Shown here: one piece after another, positions 34,469-43,579 of the stretch
Numbering within the stretch: position 1 is the stretch's first letter
Layout: the number at the start of each line of letters is the position of its first letter
NCBI GenBank assembly: GCA_963800025.1
Contig: CAWCZK010000005.1
Span: 269,184-333,183, forward strand
Reading direction: 5' to 3'
Length of the DNA: 64,000 bases
From: an uncultured Acidobacteriaceae bacterium
Lineage (GTDB): Bacteria; Acidobacteriota; Terriglobia; Terriglobales; Acidobacteriaceae
Position numbers and translations under genes: made by a program
The notes under the pieces: model-generated
What the model was told of the DNA's origin: nothing
Databases searched by the model: none
Seen by the model: only the letters and a program-made list of their open reading frames with translations

Positions 34469-35290
34469 TTAGCCGCCGAGATCGATCAGTTCGACATGCC
34501 CTACCGGGCGCCCGAGGAACCGCGGGCCCAGGCGCTCGAATTTCTCTACGGAGTCAGTGGCGAAGCAGCGGACCTCGGTTTCGTGCGGGGTTCCGCCCAG
34601 AGTCGACCTTGCCTGGCCATTGATGAGTTCCACGGCGGCCTGCGCCACGGCCTCTGCGGAATCGATCACCTTTGCGCCCGGCCGCACGGCGCTCTCAAAG
34701 AGGGGCCGCAGGAGCGGGTAGTGCGTGCAACCCAGCACCAGCGTATCGGAATTCATATTGCGAGACGTGGCCTCGGCGCGAAGCTCGTTCAAATAGATCT
34801 CAATCACCTCGGCCGTCACCGGGTGATCGGTCCAGCCTTCTTCCACCAGCGGTACCAGCAGTGGGCACGCCTTTTCGATGGTGCGCAGGCCGAGAGCCGC
34901 GCAGGCGGTTGTATAGGCGTGGCTGCGCACGGTGGCTTCAGTGGCGACCACGAATACATCGCCAGATTGCGAGGCGGCTCGAGCAGCGGCGGCACCGGGC
35001 TCAATGACGCCCAACACGGGAACAGAAACTGCATCCTGAATGGCGTCGAGCGCCAATGCGCTGGCGGTGTTGCAGGCAATCACAAGAAACTCCGCACCCT
35101 GCTCGCCAACAAGAAACTGCGCGCTTTGGGCGGCGTAGCGCGCGATGGTGCGTCGGGACTTGGAGCCATAGGGCAGCCGCGCCGTATCGCCAAGGAATGC
35201 GAACCGTGCACCGGGAAGCCGTTCGATGAGCGAGCGCAGCACGGTCAATCCGCCAAAGCCGGAATCAAAAACGCCGATGGTTGGTGCCAT
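34469..35290 (-). CDS. murI: Glutamate racemase
   Basis: ORF 34469..35344, trimmed to ATG 35290 (MAPTIGVFDSGFGGLTVL). The two catalytic Cys boxes are VIACNTAS and VLGCTHYPLL. Confidence 0.9.
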   Translation of the reverse strand: MAPTIGVFDSGFGGLTVLRSLIERLPGARFAFLGDTARLPYGSKSRRTIARYAAQSAQFLVGEQGAEFLVIACNTASALALDAIQDAVSVPVLGVIEPGAAAARAASQSGDVFVVATEATVRSHAYTTACAALGLRTIEKACPLLVPLVEEGWTDHPVTAEVIEIYLNELRAEATSRNMNSDTLVLGCTHYPLLRPLFESAVRPGAKVIDSAEAVAQAAVELINGQARSTLGGTPHETEVRCFATDSVEKFERLGPRFLGRPVGHVELIDLGG

Positions 35291-35354
35291 GTCTTTCAGA
35301 GTAGCCTGAGCCGGGTGCATCGAGGCGCCTAATGTCTCGCGCACCCGACTCTCC

Positions 35355-36785
35355 TCATTGTTGAATCTTTCTGAGATACGCGTTCAGCTCCTCGTCCGCG
35401 GGCGGGGGTGTACACGTTCCGGGCCGCTCATAGAGACAGACTCCCTCCCAGCACTGTGTTTGCCCGAATCCAGATGGAAGCCCGGGTGAATCAGCCGGCG
35501 CGATCAGCGCATTGATTGCTGGAGCATCCTTCGCGAGTTGCCCGGCGCTTTGCAGCGGAATGATGGGCACATCGCGATGGAGATGTGTATATCCTCCGGA
35601 CTCCCACCAGATCGCGCGGTAGATTCCCACTCCGCATACCTCGGAATCGCGACTGAGACGATCGAAGGCGCCCACGCCCCAGCGGGTTTTGTACCAGTCG
35701 GCGCATTTCGCGGCGAGGAGCGCCGAGGAGGCAAAGAAGAAGACGACGCTGATGGCGACGACCCATCGCGGATTCTCGAGAAATCGCATTCCGCGCCTGA
35801 TCTCATGCAGCAGGTCGACGATACCCAGTGCGGCCAACGTGATGGCCGGGGCAAGGATCGGGTAGATGAAGCGAATCTCTTTGTGCGGAATCACGCTGTG
35901 TGAAACCACTACGATGGCGCAAAAAATGGCCAGAAAGGGACTTCGCCGGGCGCCGTGGAACAGAAGCAGGACCGTCGGCCCCAGCAATACCAGGAGCACC
36001 AGCGCATACCAGTACCAGGGTTGAACCAGCGTGAGTTCCTTGCCCGGCCCGCTCACCACGTTCTCTTTATAGTAGAGAATGAACGACTGCCACGGATAGG
36101 ACCATGTCATCCAATCTACGGCCCCGAATAAAAGCACGGGAACCGTTGCTCCCGCCGCGACTGCTGGGATTCGGGTGCGCCAGCGAGGGTAACAAAAGGA
36201 AATCATCGCAAACAGAAGCGCAGGAAGTAATTGCATACGCAGGCAGGCAGCTAACGCGCACAGAAACCCTGCAAGGAAAAGCCGCTTGCGCTCGCCGAGC
36301 TTCTCGCCGTAGACGCCAAGATAGAGCCCGGGCAACAGAACATGTGCGGCGACCACTTCATAGAGTGCTTTGGGCGCAAAGTAGACGAACCCGAAGAAAA
36401 AGGAGCAAGCGAGGGCCGCGATGATCGCTGCAGGCATGCCGCTGGCGCGCTTTGCCCATGCATAGCCGAACCAGATCGTGACGAGAGAAATCAGCGAGAG
36501 AACGACTGCCGTTCCGACCACATAGCGGGATGAAGCCGCGCCCATCCAGGCGGTTGCGCGCATGACTCCGGCGAGAAATGTGGGAAAAACCCACGAGCGA
36601 ATCCCCAGCCGCCACTCCCATGAGATGACGCCATAGCCAAAGACCAGCCGGTGCGCCGGCTCGAGAGTCTGAAAAATCTCGTCCGGAAAGAAGATGTTGG
36701 GCGAGCCCATCGCAAGGCCAATCCGGAGCGCAAATGCCGATCCCAACAGCACAGACCACGCGAAAACTTTCTTTACATGCGTCAC
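35355..36785 (-). CDS. GT22-family (Alg9/PIG-B-like) mannosyltransferase-type polytopic membrane protein
   Basis: ORF 35355..36785. The GTG start overlaps the GerMN gene stop (GTGA). The motif FFPDEIFQTLEPAHRLVFGYGVISWEWRLGIRSW matches the GT22 N-terminal loop signature (DExFQxxExxHxxxFGxGxxTWEW). It has about 10 TM segments. Confidence 0.7.
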   Translation of the reverse strand: MTHVKKVFAWSVLLGSAFALRIGLAMGSPNIFFPDEIFQTLEPAHRLVFGYGVISWEWRLGIRSWVFPTFLAGVMRATAWMGAASSRYVVGTAVVLSLISLVTIWFGYAWAKRASGMPAAIIAALACSFFFGFVYFAPKALYEVVAAHVLLPGLYLGVYGEKLGERKRLFLAGFLCALAACLRMQLLPALLFAMISFCYPRWRTRIPAVAAGATVPVLLFGAVDWMTWSYPWQSFILYYKENVVSGPGKELTLVQPWYWYALVLLVLLGPTVLLLFHGARRSPFLAIFCAIVVVSHSVIPHKEIRFIYPILAPAITLAALGIVDLLHEIRRGMRFLENPRWVVAISVVFFFASSALLAAKCADWYKTRWGVGAFDRLSRDSEVCGVGIYRAIWWESGGYTHLHRDVPIIPLQSAGQLAKDAPAINALIAPADSPGLPSGFGQTQCWEGVCLYERPGTCTPPPADEELNAYLRKIQQ

Positions 36786-37414
36786 TGCGGGCCACCTCCG
36801 GCTGCCGCAGTGTTCTCGTTGGTCAAGTAAGTGCGCGTCAAATCAGCGTGACCCGCGAGGCTGGCCCGCGGCTGTCCATCGACCAGAAATCGCACTTCGG
36901 TCACGCGCGGCAGATTCGCGTTGAGCGTGGAGCAGATCGAAAGCACGGTGAGCGATTCGGTCTCGAGGCCTGAAGGATGGCCGGCGACGAATGCGCCCGT
37001 CAGGTTCACCACCGCAAGCTCCGGACTGTCGGTCGTCTCGCTTCCACGCGCGTCGGCGATAGGCACGAGAAAAACCTCTGCGATCGAGTTTGCACCGCCG
37101 GGGACGGGATGCGTGGACTCGGGAGCAGCATAGAGATCAAGCAACTTGCCCAACACAGCCCGCGCCCGGGCCTCGGGATTCTGCGGCAAGGGCAGGGTGA
37201 AAATGCGAGGCTGGACGGAGTTATCAGCATCGTTTGCCACCATGAGGGTGGCTTGCTCGGCCGGAGCCACCTGCGGCGCCTGGGTCGGAGCCGAATCTTC
37301 GCCCCGGAGGAGCCGGTCGTGAGCGCGGCGCAACTGGTTCCAGAGCAATATGCCCATGATGGCGGAGGCCGCGAGCAGAATAACGAAGAGAACGGTCTGG
37401 TGGCGAGGAATCAC
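36782..37414 (-). CDS. GerMN domain-containing protein (membrane-anchored)
   Basis: ORF 36782..37447, trimmed to GTG 37414, which overlaps the amidase stop (GTGA). It has the N-terminal TM helix VLFVILLAASAIMGILLW and a GerMN-like body (ARAVLGKLLDLYAAP..., VNLTGAF..., LSICSTLNANLPRVTEVRFLVDGQP). Confidence 0.65.
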   Translation of the reverse strand: MIPRHQTVLFVILLAASAIMGILLWNQLRRAHDRLLRGEDSAPTQAPQVAPAEQATLMVANDADNSVQPRIFTLPLPQNPEARARAVLGKLLDLYAAPESTHPVPGGANSIAEVFLVPIADARGSETTDSPELAVVNLTGAFVAGHPSGLETESLTVLSICSTLNANLPRVTEVRFLVDGQPRASLAGHADLTRTYLTNENTAAAGGGPQ

Positions 37415-38097
37415 GGCTGGTGGTCCTCTCGCGATTGCGATCGCCACTCAACCAGTGCCGCGGCAAGCGCGTCCGCCACACGCGCCTGGTAGTCCGCATC
37501 GTCGAGGCTCGCCGGTCCCTGCTCATCGGACGACCGATCGGGCGCGATCTCAATGGCAACGGCCGGACAAGTCATGCTGTCGATCGCGGGAAGTGCGGTG
37601 CGTCCCAGGGTGACAGGCACATTGGCATGGGAAAGGGCCGAGTTCACCAGGCCGGCGAGGGAGATGCTGCGCATGACCCAGGCTGCCTGAGCCGTCTTCC
37701 ACGGCAGAAAGCGCGCATCAGATCGCGCGTTTTGGGCCGGCGCAAGCGAAGAAACAAACAGGTGCACGCCGGCGCCGCTCGTCGCAGCGTGCAGGCTCAT
37801 GCAGGCTTGGGGACTGGCGTGGTCGGCAATGTCGGCGCGGCGGTCCGAATCCACGGCAGTGTCGGAATCGCGGGTGGCGACCACCGTGAAACCTCTCGCG
37901 GCGAGAAGGGAGCGGAGCCGAATGCTGAAGGCTAACGTGAACGCCTTCTCAGTCTCGCTGCCGAGGCGAGCGCCCGAATCATCACCGCCGTGCGCCGCGT
38001 CGAGAACCACCACAAAGCGCGGAGAAGCAGGAGGAGCTTGAGCCCACGCCAGACTGCACGCCGTGAGGGCAAGGAGGGGGAGGATCGTGCGACGCAA
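37411..38097 (-). CDS. N-acetylmuramoyl-L-alanine amidase (Amidase_3 family)
   Basis: ORF 37411..38280, trimmed to in-frame TTG 38097. This gives the signal peptide MRRTILPLLALTACSLAWAQ. It has VVLDAAHGGDDSGA (Zn ligand region), CMSLHAA and AVAIEIAP. The ORF's upstream extension lies inside an intergenic repeat. Confidence 0.8.
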   Translation of the reverse strand: MRRTILPLLALTACSLAWAQAPPASPRFVVVLDAAHGGDDSGARLGSETEKAFTLAFSIRLRSLLAARGFTVVATRDSDTAVDSDRRADIADHASPQACMSLHAATSGAGVHLFVSSLAPAQNARSDARFLPWKTAQAAWVMRSISLAGLVNSALSHANVPVTLGRTALPAIDSMTCPAVAIEIAPDRSSDEQGPASLDDADYQARVADALAAALVEWRSQSREDHQP

Positions 38098-38102
38098 AGA
38101 AT

Positions 38103-38256
38103 GAAATGCAGGTCCTTCGACTCCGTTAGGCCGAAATCCCGGCCCAACTTCGCTCAGGATGACACTCTTAAAGGAAGGCTCAGGGTGACAGCCGATTTTC
38201 GGAAATGCAGGTCGTTCGACTTCCGCGCGCTGCGCGCTCGGTCGACTAGGATGACC
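38103..38256. repeat. Two tandem copies of a ~55-60-nt GC-rich intergenic element (GAAATGCAGGTCSTTCGACTYCG ... AGGATGAC)
   Basis: Copy 1 is 38103-38163: GAAATGCAGGTCCTTCGACTCCG...GCTCAGGATGAC. Copy 2 is 38202-38254: GAAATGCAGGTCGTTCGACTTCCGCGCGCTGCGCGCTCGGTCGACTAGGATGAC, which contains an internal palindrome. A partial CAGGGTGACA lies at 38181-38190. Confidence 0.7.
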
Positions 38257-38266
38257 CGGCAAATCC

Positions 38267-39592
38267 TCAGTCGATGGCATAGATAGCCAGGCCGCTGAGC
38301 AGCTTGGGAAAAAAGTCCGTAGACTTTTGTGGCATCACTTCTCCAGCGAACGCAACTTCCTTCAATTGCTCCATCGTCACCGGTTTGGTGAGGAACGCGA
38401 TATCGGCCTCGCCGCTACGTACCTGCTCCACCGCTTCGTGGGCGTCGCGGAGATAGCGCAGGTTGGTCTGCTCGCGCACTTTTTCGGCATCCAGGCCCAG
38501 CAAGCGCTCGAATACGACGGAGTGCAACTGAGTCAGATCCAGCTGCCGCTGACGCTCGGGCACGCGGGACAGGGCTGCGGCCATGGCATCTGGCCTGGCG
38601 CGCAGAAGGAATGCGCCGGCAACGGTGACGGCGACGAAGGCCGTTCCCGTTTCGCGTGATAACTCGTCAATCAATGAAGCAGCCTCGAACGGCGGCAACG
38701 GTTTGACCTCAAAGTACGCCTCGGCCGCATTGAAGAACGGGGTGGCGAAAAAGCCGTTGAGGCCGTACACGACCCGGTGAGTCGGCAAGATCACCAGTCC
38801 GTCCGAATCCATGTTGACAAAGGTCATCATGGCAGCTGCCGCGGGGAACTCGGGCTGCGGCAACTGCTGTGAACTCGAGCCGCCTTTGCCAGGGCCAGTG
38901 CCTTGGTGCTCTTTGGAATACTTCAGCGCCGTCTCGTAGCGGTGGTGACCGTCGGCGATAATGAGTTTCTTGTCGCTCATGGCTGTCACCAGCAGGCGGA
39001 TGGCCGCCGGATTGTTCACCCGCCAGAGCCTGTGCTGGACGCCGTATTCGTCAGTGACTTCGGCGTCGGCGGCGTCATTGCCATCGTAGAGAATCTTCTC
39101 CACGCTGCCGGCCGGATCAGAATAAAGCATGAAGATCTGGCCGAAATGTGCCTGAGTGGCTTTGAGCAGGTTGAGCCGGTCGCTCTTGGGCTTCGAGAGG
39201 GTTTGTTCGTGGCGGAAGACGACCTGGTCGGCATATTCCTGGAGCTTGCCGAGTGCGATAAATCCGCGCCGTTCCTTTTCGACTTCGGTTCCGGGAACCT
39301 TGAAACGCTGGGCGTATGCAAACACGCATGGCTCGTTTTCCTGGACCAAAATGCCCTGCTCGCGCCAGGCGCGAAAATCCTGTGCCGCCCGCGTATAGAC
39401 GTTTTCACCCCTCTCTGCGTCAAATAGTTCAGGCAGTCCCAGAATGATTCGAACAAGGTTGAATGGGCTGCGCTGGTAGTACGCCTGCTGCATGGCCGGG
39501 GTGATCTTGTCGTAGGGTTGGGTGACCACATCTTCCAGGCGAACCGAAGAGGGATTGTAGCGCCAGGCACGAAAAGGATAGATACGAGCCAT
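38267..39592 (-). CDS. DUF1015 domain-containing protein
   Basis: ORF 38267..39592. The N-terminus MARIYPFRAWRYNP..., and later IADGHHRYETA, are typical of DUF1015. Confidence 0.75.
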   Translation of the reverse strand: MARIYPFRAWRYNPSSVRLEDVVTQPYDKITPAMQQAYYQRSPFNLVRIILGLPELFDAERGENVYTRAAQDFRAWREQGILVQENEPCVFAYAQRFKVPGTEVEKERRGFIALGKLQEYADQVVFRHEQTLSKPKSDRLNLLKATQAHFGQIFMLYSDPAGSVEKILYDGNDAADAEVTDEYGVQHRLWRVNNPAAIRLLVTAMSDKKLIIADGHHRYETALKYSKEHQGTGPGKGGSSSQQLPQPEFPAAAAMMTFVNMDSDGLVILPTHRVVYGLNGFFATPFFNAAEAYFEVKPLPPFEAASLIDELSRETGTAFVAVTVAGAFLLRARPDAMAAALSRVPERQRQLDLTQLHSVVFERLLGLDAEKVREQTNLRYLRDAHEAVEQVRSGEADIAFLTKPVTMEQLKEVAFAGEVMPQKSTDFFPKLLSGLAIYAID

Positions 39593-39810
39593 GAGGAAGG
39601 TCTTACTCTCCGCGAATCAGTGGAATTTGGGCGCCGCTTATGCCGTACCGCTTGTTGAAATGTGCGGGTCGGCCAAGCTCGATTGTATCGCAGCGCTCGA
39701 CTGCGCCCGTCGGGATGAACTCCGGTCCGTGGGTCGCGGGAGTGACAATCTACTGACAGCAGCGGCGCGCCGATAATGGTAATATCGCCTTCAACTCTCT
39801 GTGGTGCCTC

Positions 39811-40905
39811 ATGAGGATGCCTCCCCAGCACGCGACTCCAAAAGGGGCAGGCCAGCTTGCCCTCTTTTGCCGCTGTGCCCCGTTTCACCCTTATGTCTTG
39901 ATGGGAGTGTTGGCAGCGGTAGTCTGCCTCGCGCAGCTACGCGGGCAGGAAGATCAACTGAATAAAGTGCACGTCGAGCCGCCGTCGGCCTCCACCGCGC
40001 CTGCGAGCGAGCCCAAGGGAGCAGAGGCAGCGCCCGAAACAGGCCCGGCAGCGCTCCACATTCATCCCGGCTCGTTTATCCGCATGAACGTGGATATGGT
40101 GTTGGTCCCGGTCACCGTAACCGACCCCTTGAACCGGCTGGTGACGGGTTTGGAAAAAGAGGATTTCCAGGTTTACGAAAACAACGGCGAGGAGAAGATC
40201 GCCAGTTTCGCAAGTGAAGATGCCCCGGTTACCATCGGCATTATCTTCGACCTCTCCGGTTCCATGTCTTCCAAGCTGGTTCGCGCTCGCGATGCAATCT
40301 TGCAGTTCATCAAAACGGCAAATCCCCAGGACGAGTTCTTCATCATCGGATTCAACGACCGCCCGGAACTGATTGAGGACTTCACCAGTTCCGTCGACGA
40401 CATTCAGGCGCGGTTGGCCACAGTTCAGGCTGGCCACCGGACGGCGCTCCTGGATGCGATCTACTACGGTATCGCCAAGATGAAGGAAGCCCACCACGAA
40501 CGGAAAGCTTTGCTGGTGGTTTCTGACGGCGGCGATAACCGCTCTCGCTACACCGAGGGCGAGGTGCGAGCAGCAGTGCGCGAAGCCGACGTGGAGATCT
40601 ATTCCATCGGCATCTTCGATCCCTACGCACCCACCCCCGAGGAGCGCACCGGGCCGCAGCTTCTTGACGACATCAGTTCTGCAACAGGTGGGCGGCTATT
40701 CCGCGTCGACGACGTGGACGAAATGAGCGATATTGCCGAAAAAATCTCCACCGAACTCCGCAACCAGTATGTGATCGGCTACAAACCTGCTGACCTGACT
40801 CGTGACGGCAAGTGGCGTAAAGTGAAGGTGAAGGTGAATCCGCCCCCCGGCCTTCCTCCGCTGACGGTTTATGCTCGCACCGGCTACTATGCGCCTCTCC
40901 AATAA
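39811..40905 (+). CDS. VWA domain protein, acidobacterial VWFA-related type (VWA-1); start uncertain
   Basis: ORF 39811..40905. It has DMVLVPVTVTDPLNRLVTGLEKEDFQVYENNGEEKI (N-terminal beta domain), the MIDAS motif IIFDLSGSM, and later LLVVSDGGDN and IYSIGI. The alternative start is ATG 39901 (MGVLAAVVCLAQLRGQ). Confidence 0.8.
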   Translation: MRMPPQHATPKGAGQLALFCRCAPFHPYVLMGVLAAVVCLAQLRGQEDQLNKVHVEPPSASTAPASEPKGAEAAPETGPAALHIHPGSFIRMNVDMVLVPVTVTDPLNRLVTGLEKEDFQVYENNGEEKIASFASEDAPVTIGIIFDLSGSMSSKLVRARDAILQFIKTANPQDEFFIIGFNDRPELIEDFTSSVDDIQARLATVQAGHRTALLDAIYYGIAKMKEAHHERKALLVVSDGGDNRSRYTEGEVRAAVREADVEIYSIGIFDPYAPTPEERTGPQLLDDISSATGGRLFRVDDVDEMSDIAEKISTELRNQYVIGYKPADLTRDGKWRKVKVKVNPPPGLPPLTVYARTGYYAPLQ

Positions 40906-41953
40906 CGGAATTCTGGTTTTCTTTCTTTTCGCCGCCGCGCTTGCTATACCCGCGCAGCAGCCCCCGCAACCGCCAGCCGCGACGCAGGCGAATCCGCCAC
41001 TTACAGTCGATACCGATCCGGTGCGCTCGCCTGACGCAGTGACCCCGGCCCCCTCCTCTGGCTCACTGAAAAAAGAAGGCGAGGGTTATCTGCTCCATAC
41101 CGATGTGGAAGAGGTCGTGCTCAATGCTACCGTCCTCAACGGGACAGATCTGGTACAAAACCTCACCAAGGACGATTTCACCGTTTACGAAGACGGAGTC
41201 AAGCAAACGCTGATCAGCTTCCAGCACACCGATCTGCCTGTTTCGATGGGGCTCGTAGTCGACAACTCCGGGTCCATGTACCGCAAGCGGCCTTCGGTGA
41301 ATAAGTCCGCTCTCGATCTTGTCGAGGCATCGAACCCGCAGGACGAAGCTTTTGTTGTGAACTTTTCCGACGAAGCATTTATCGATTGCGACTTCACTTC
41401 AAATATCAACAAGCTGCGCGACGGGCTATCGCACATCGATTCTCGCGGCGGCACTGCGCTCTACGACGCCGTTGTGGCCTCGGCAGACAAGCTGGTGGCC
41501 GACGCGAAGAGGCCCAAGCAGGTTCTTGTCCTGATCACTGACGGAGAGGACAACGCGTCAAGTCAGAACCTGGAGCAGACCATTGCGCGCGTGCAACAGC
41601 TCTCCGGACCGGTGATTTATTCGATTGGCCTGCTCTTCGGAGACGAGATGAGCCGCGCCGAAGTACGCAACGCGAGGCGTGCGCTTACCTTGCTCTCGAC
41701 GGAGACGGGCGGTATGGCTTTCTTTCCCAAGTCCATCGATCAGGTGGATCAGATCGCTGCCGAAGTAGCGCGCGACATCCGCAGCCAGTACACACTGGGC
41801 TACCACTCGACAAAGCCGACAACCGTCCCGGGTTTCAGGCGCGTGGAAGTGACGGCACAGTCCAAGGGGTTGGGCAAGCTCACAGTGCGCACCCGAACCG
41901 GCTACTTCCCGACTGTGCGCACGGCCAGGCAGTCCGTGTCGGTTGCAAGGTAG
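40889..41953 (+). CDS. VWA domain protein, acidobacterial VWFA-related type (VWA-2), paralog of VWA-1
   Basis: ORF 40871..41953, taken from ATG 40889 (MRLSNNGILVFFLFAAALAIPAQQ, a signal peptide). It overlaps the VWA-1 3' end by 17 nt. It has the MIDAS motif LVVDNSGSM, then LVLITDGEDN and IYSIGL. Confidence 0.8.
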   Translation: MRLSNNGILVFFLFAAALAIPAQQPPQPPAATQANPPLTVDTDPVRSPDAVTPAPSSGSLKKEGEGYLLHTDVEEVVLNATVLNGTDLVQNLTKDDFTVYEDGVKQTLISFQHTDLPVSMGLVVDNSGSMYRKRPSVNKSALDLVEASNPQDEAFVVNFSDEAFIDCDFTSNINKLRDGLSHIDSRGGTALYDAVVASADKLVADAKRPKQVLVLITDGEDNASSQNLEQTIARVQQLSGPVIYSIGLLFGDEMSRAEVRNARRALTLLSTETGGMAFFPKSIDQVDQIAAEVARDIRSQYTLGYHSTKPTTVPGFRRVEVTAQSKGLGKLTVRTRTGYFPTVRTARQSVSVAR

Positions 41954-41961
41954 ATCGCACA

Positions 41962-42213
41962 ATGACTGACGATATCGATCTAAGGGCCGGACTCGAGCAA
42001 ATCGCTCGCCTCAAGGCGATGGGTGAAAAAGCCTACGAGGATATGTATGAGGCGCACAACTCGAGCGATGCGACGGCGCTCTACAGCGATGCCAAGGAGT
42101 GTTATTACGACGCCATCGGGCTGGCCAATCGCCTCGGGCAAAAGGGAGAGGCCGAGGCGCTGCATGCCCGCCTGGCCCACATCAAAGCGGTCTTCCGCAG
42201 TCAATTCACGTAG
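41962..42213 (+). CDS. Small all-helical hypothetical protein (83 aa)
   Basis: ORF 41962..42213, starting 8 nt after the VWA-2 stop: MTDDIDLRAGLEQIARLKAMGEKAYEDMYEAHNSSDATALYSDAKECYYDAIGLANRLGQKGEAEALHARLAHIKAVFRSQFT. I do not recognise a family. Confidence 0.5.
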   Translation: MTDDIDLRAGLEQIARLKAMGEKAYEDMYEAHNSSDATALYSDAKECYYDAIGLANRLGQKGEAEALHARLAHIKAVFRSQFT

Positions 42214-42421
42214 CGTCTCGTGGCGTCTGCAGGGGCTATCCCGTCGTTTCTTTCTCAATTCCTCGCGGGCCCTCGATTCCGCAAGCTCATAGCCGGTCGC
42301 AGTCTAGCAGTCGGTAATGCAATTCAGGGTGCGCATATCGTCATCCGGTGGATTCGCTGGCCGCACTCATCGCTTTACGCGATAAGCTATTAGCTAAACG
42401 CCAGGAGCGAACAGCTGACAT

Positions 42422-43570
42422 ATGTCCGCATACAAGTACTCGACCCTTGCCGTCCACGCCGGACAGCATCCTGACCCTCTAACAGGCGCTGTGAATGTGC
42501 CCGTCTATCTGTCGTCGACTTTCGAACTCACCGGTATCGGCAGTGATCGCGGATGGGACTACTCGCGCGCTGGTAATCCCACTCGCGACCGCCTGGAAAC
42601 CGCGTTGGCTACCTTGGAAGGAGGAACGAGCGGGCACGCATTCACCACCGGGATGGCCGCCATTTCTGCGTTGGTAGCGATGCTCCGCGCGGGCGATCAC
42701 ATCGTTTGCTCCCGCGACGTCTATGCCGGTACCGTCCGGCTTTTCGATCAGATCGTAAGCGGCTATGGCATAGAGATCGAGTATGTGGACACAAGCAATC
42801 TTGCGGCTGTGGAAGCGGCGATCAAGCCGAGCACGAAGCTCGTGCACATTGAGACGCCGAGCAATCCGTTGATGGTGCTGACGGATATTGCCGGCGTGGC
42901 GAAGATCGCGCACGCCCACGGTGTCGAAGTGAGCGTCGACAATACTTTTCTTTCGCCCGCGCTGCAGCGGCCGCTCGAGCTCGGAGCCGACATCGTGATG
43001 CACTCGACTACGAAGTACCTCAACGGCCACTCCGACGGCTTGGGTGGAGCGCTGATCGGCTCAAAACCCGAGCACAAGGAGCGTTTTCTGCTCGTCCAGA
43101 AGGCGGCGGGTGGCGTGATGTCTCCTTTTGAATGCTTCCTGGTTCTTCGCGGCATCAAGACGCTACCGCTGCGCATCCAGCAGCATGAGGCAAACGGCCG
43201 TGCAGTGGCGGAATTTCTCTCCGGCCATCCAAAGGTGAGCAAGCTTGCATATCCCGGGCTGAAGACGCATCCGCAGTACGATCTGGCGGTGAAACAGCAG
43301 ATGGGCTTTGGATCCATGATGAGTTTCGAGCTCAAATCGCGCGAGGAAGCGGCACGATTCCTCACGGCGATCAAGATCTTCCTCAACGCGGAATCCCTCG
43401 GCGGCGTCGAATCGCTGGCGTCGCACTCGGCCACCACCACGCATGGCTCTGTGAGCGAAGAAGTGCGCCGGTCCATGGGGATCAACGAGGGGCGAATTCG
43501 GCTCTCGATCGGCATCGAGGACAAGGAAGACCTGATCGCTGACCTCGATCAGGCGCTTGCCGCGGTCTGA
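42422..43570 (+). CDS. PLP-dependent Cys/Met metabolism enzyme (cystathionine gamma-synthase / gamma-lyase family)
   Basis: ORF 42422..43570. It has YSRAGNPTR, TGMAAIS, and the PLP-lysine box HSTTKYLNGHSD. Confidence 0.85.
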   Translation: MSAYKYSTLAVHAGQHPDPLTGAVNVPVYLSSTFELTGIGSDRGWDYSRAGNPTRDRLETALATLEGGTSGHAFTTGMAAISALVAMLRAGDHIVCSRDVYAGTVRLFDQIVSGYGIEIEYVDTSNLAAVEAAIKPSTKLVHIETPSNPLMVLTDIAGVAKIAHAHGVEVSVDNTFLSPALQRPLELGADIVMHSTTKYLNGHSDGLGGALIGSKPEHKERFLLVQKAAGGVMSPFECFLVLRGIKTLPLRIQQHEANGRAVAEFLSGHPKVSKLAYPGLKTHPQYDLAVKQQMGFGSMMSFELKSREEAARFLTAIKIFLNAESLGGVESLASHSATTTHGSVSEEVRRSMGINEGRIRLSIGIEDKEDLIADLDQALAAV

Positions 43571-43579
43571 GGTAACGTC

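Noticed and set aside
38098-38280. N-terminal 61 codons of the amidase ORF (MPSTEDLPGHPSRPSAQRAEVERPAF...)
   Set aside because: This stretch coincides with the tandem intergenic repeat. A TTG at 38097 gives a proper signal peptide, so the extension is most likely not translated.
42214-42421. Possible SAM-type riboswitch in the 208-nt leader of the Cys/Met PLP enzyme gene
   Set aside because: I found only a short hairpin (ATCGC-TTTAC-GCGAT) and AAGCU/UAGCU repeats. I could not match SAM-I, SAM-II, SAM-V or SAM/SAH consensus cores by eye. A cmscan run would be needed, so I make no call.
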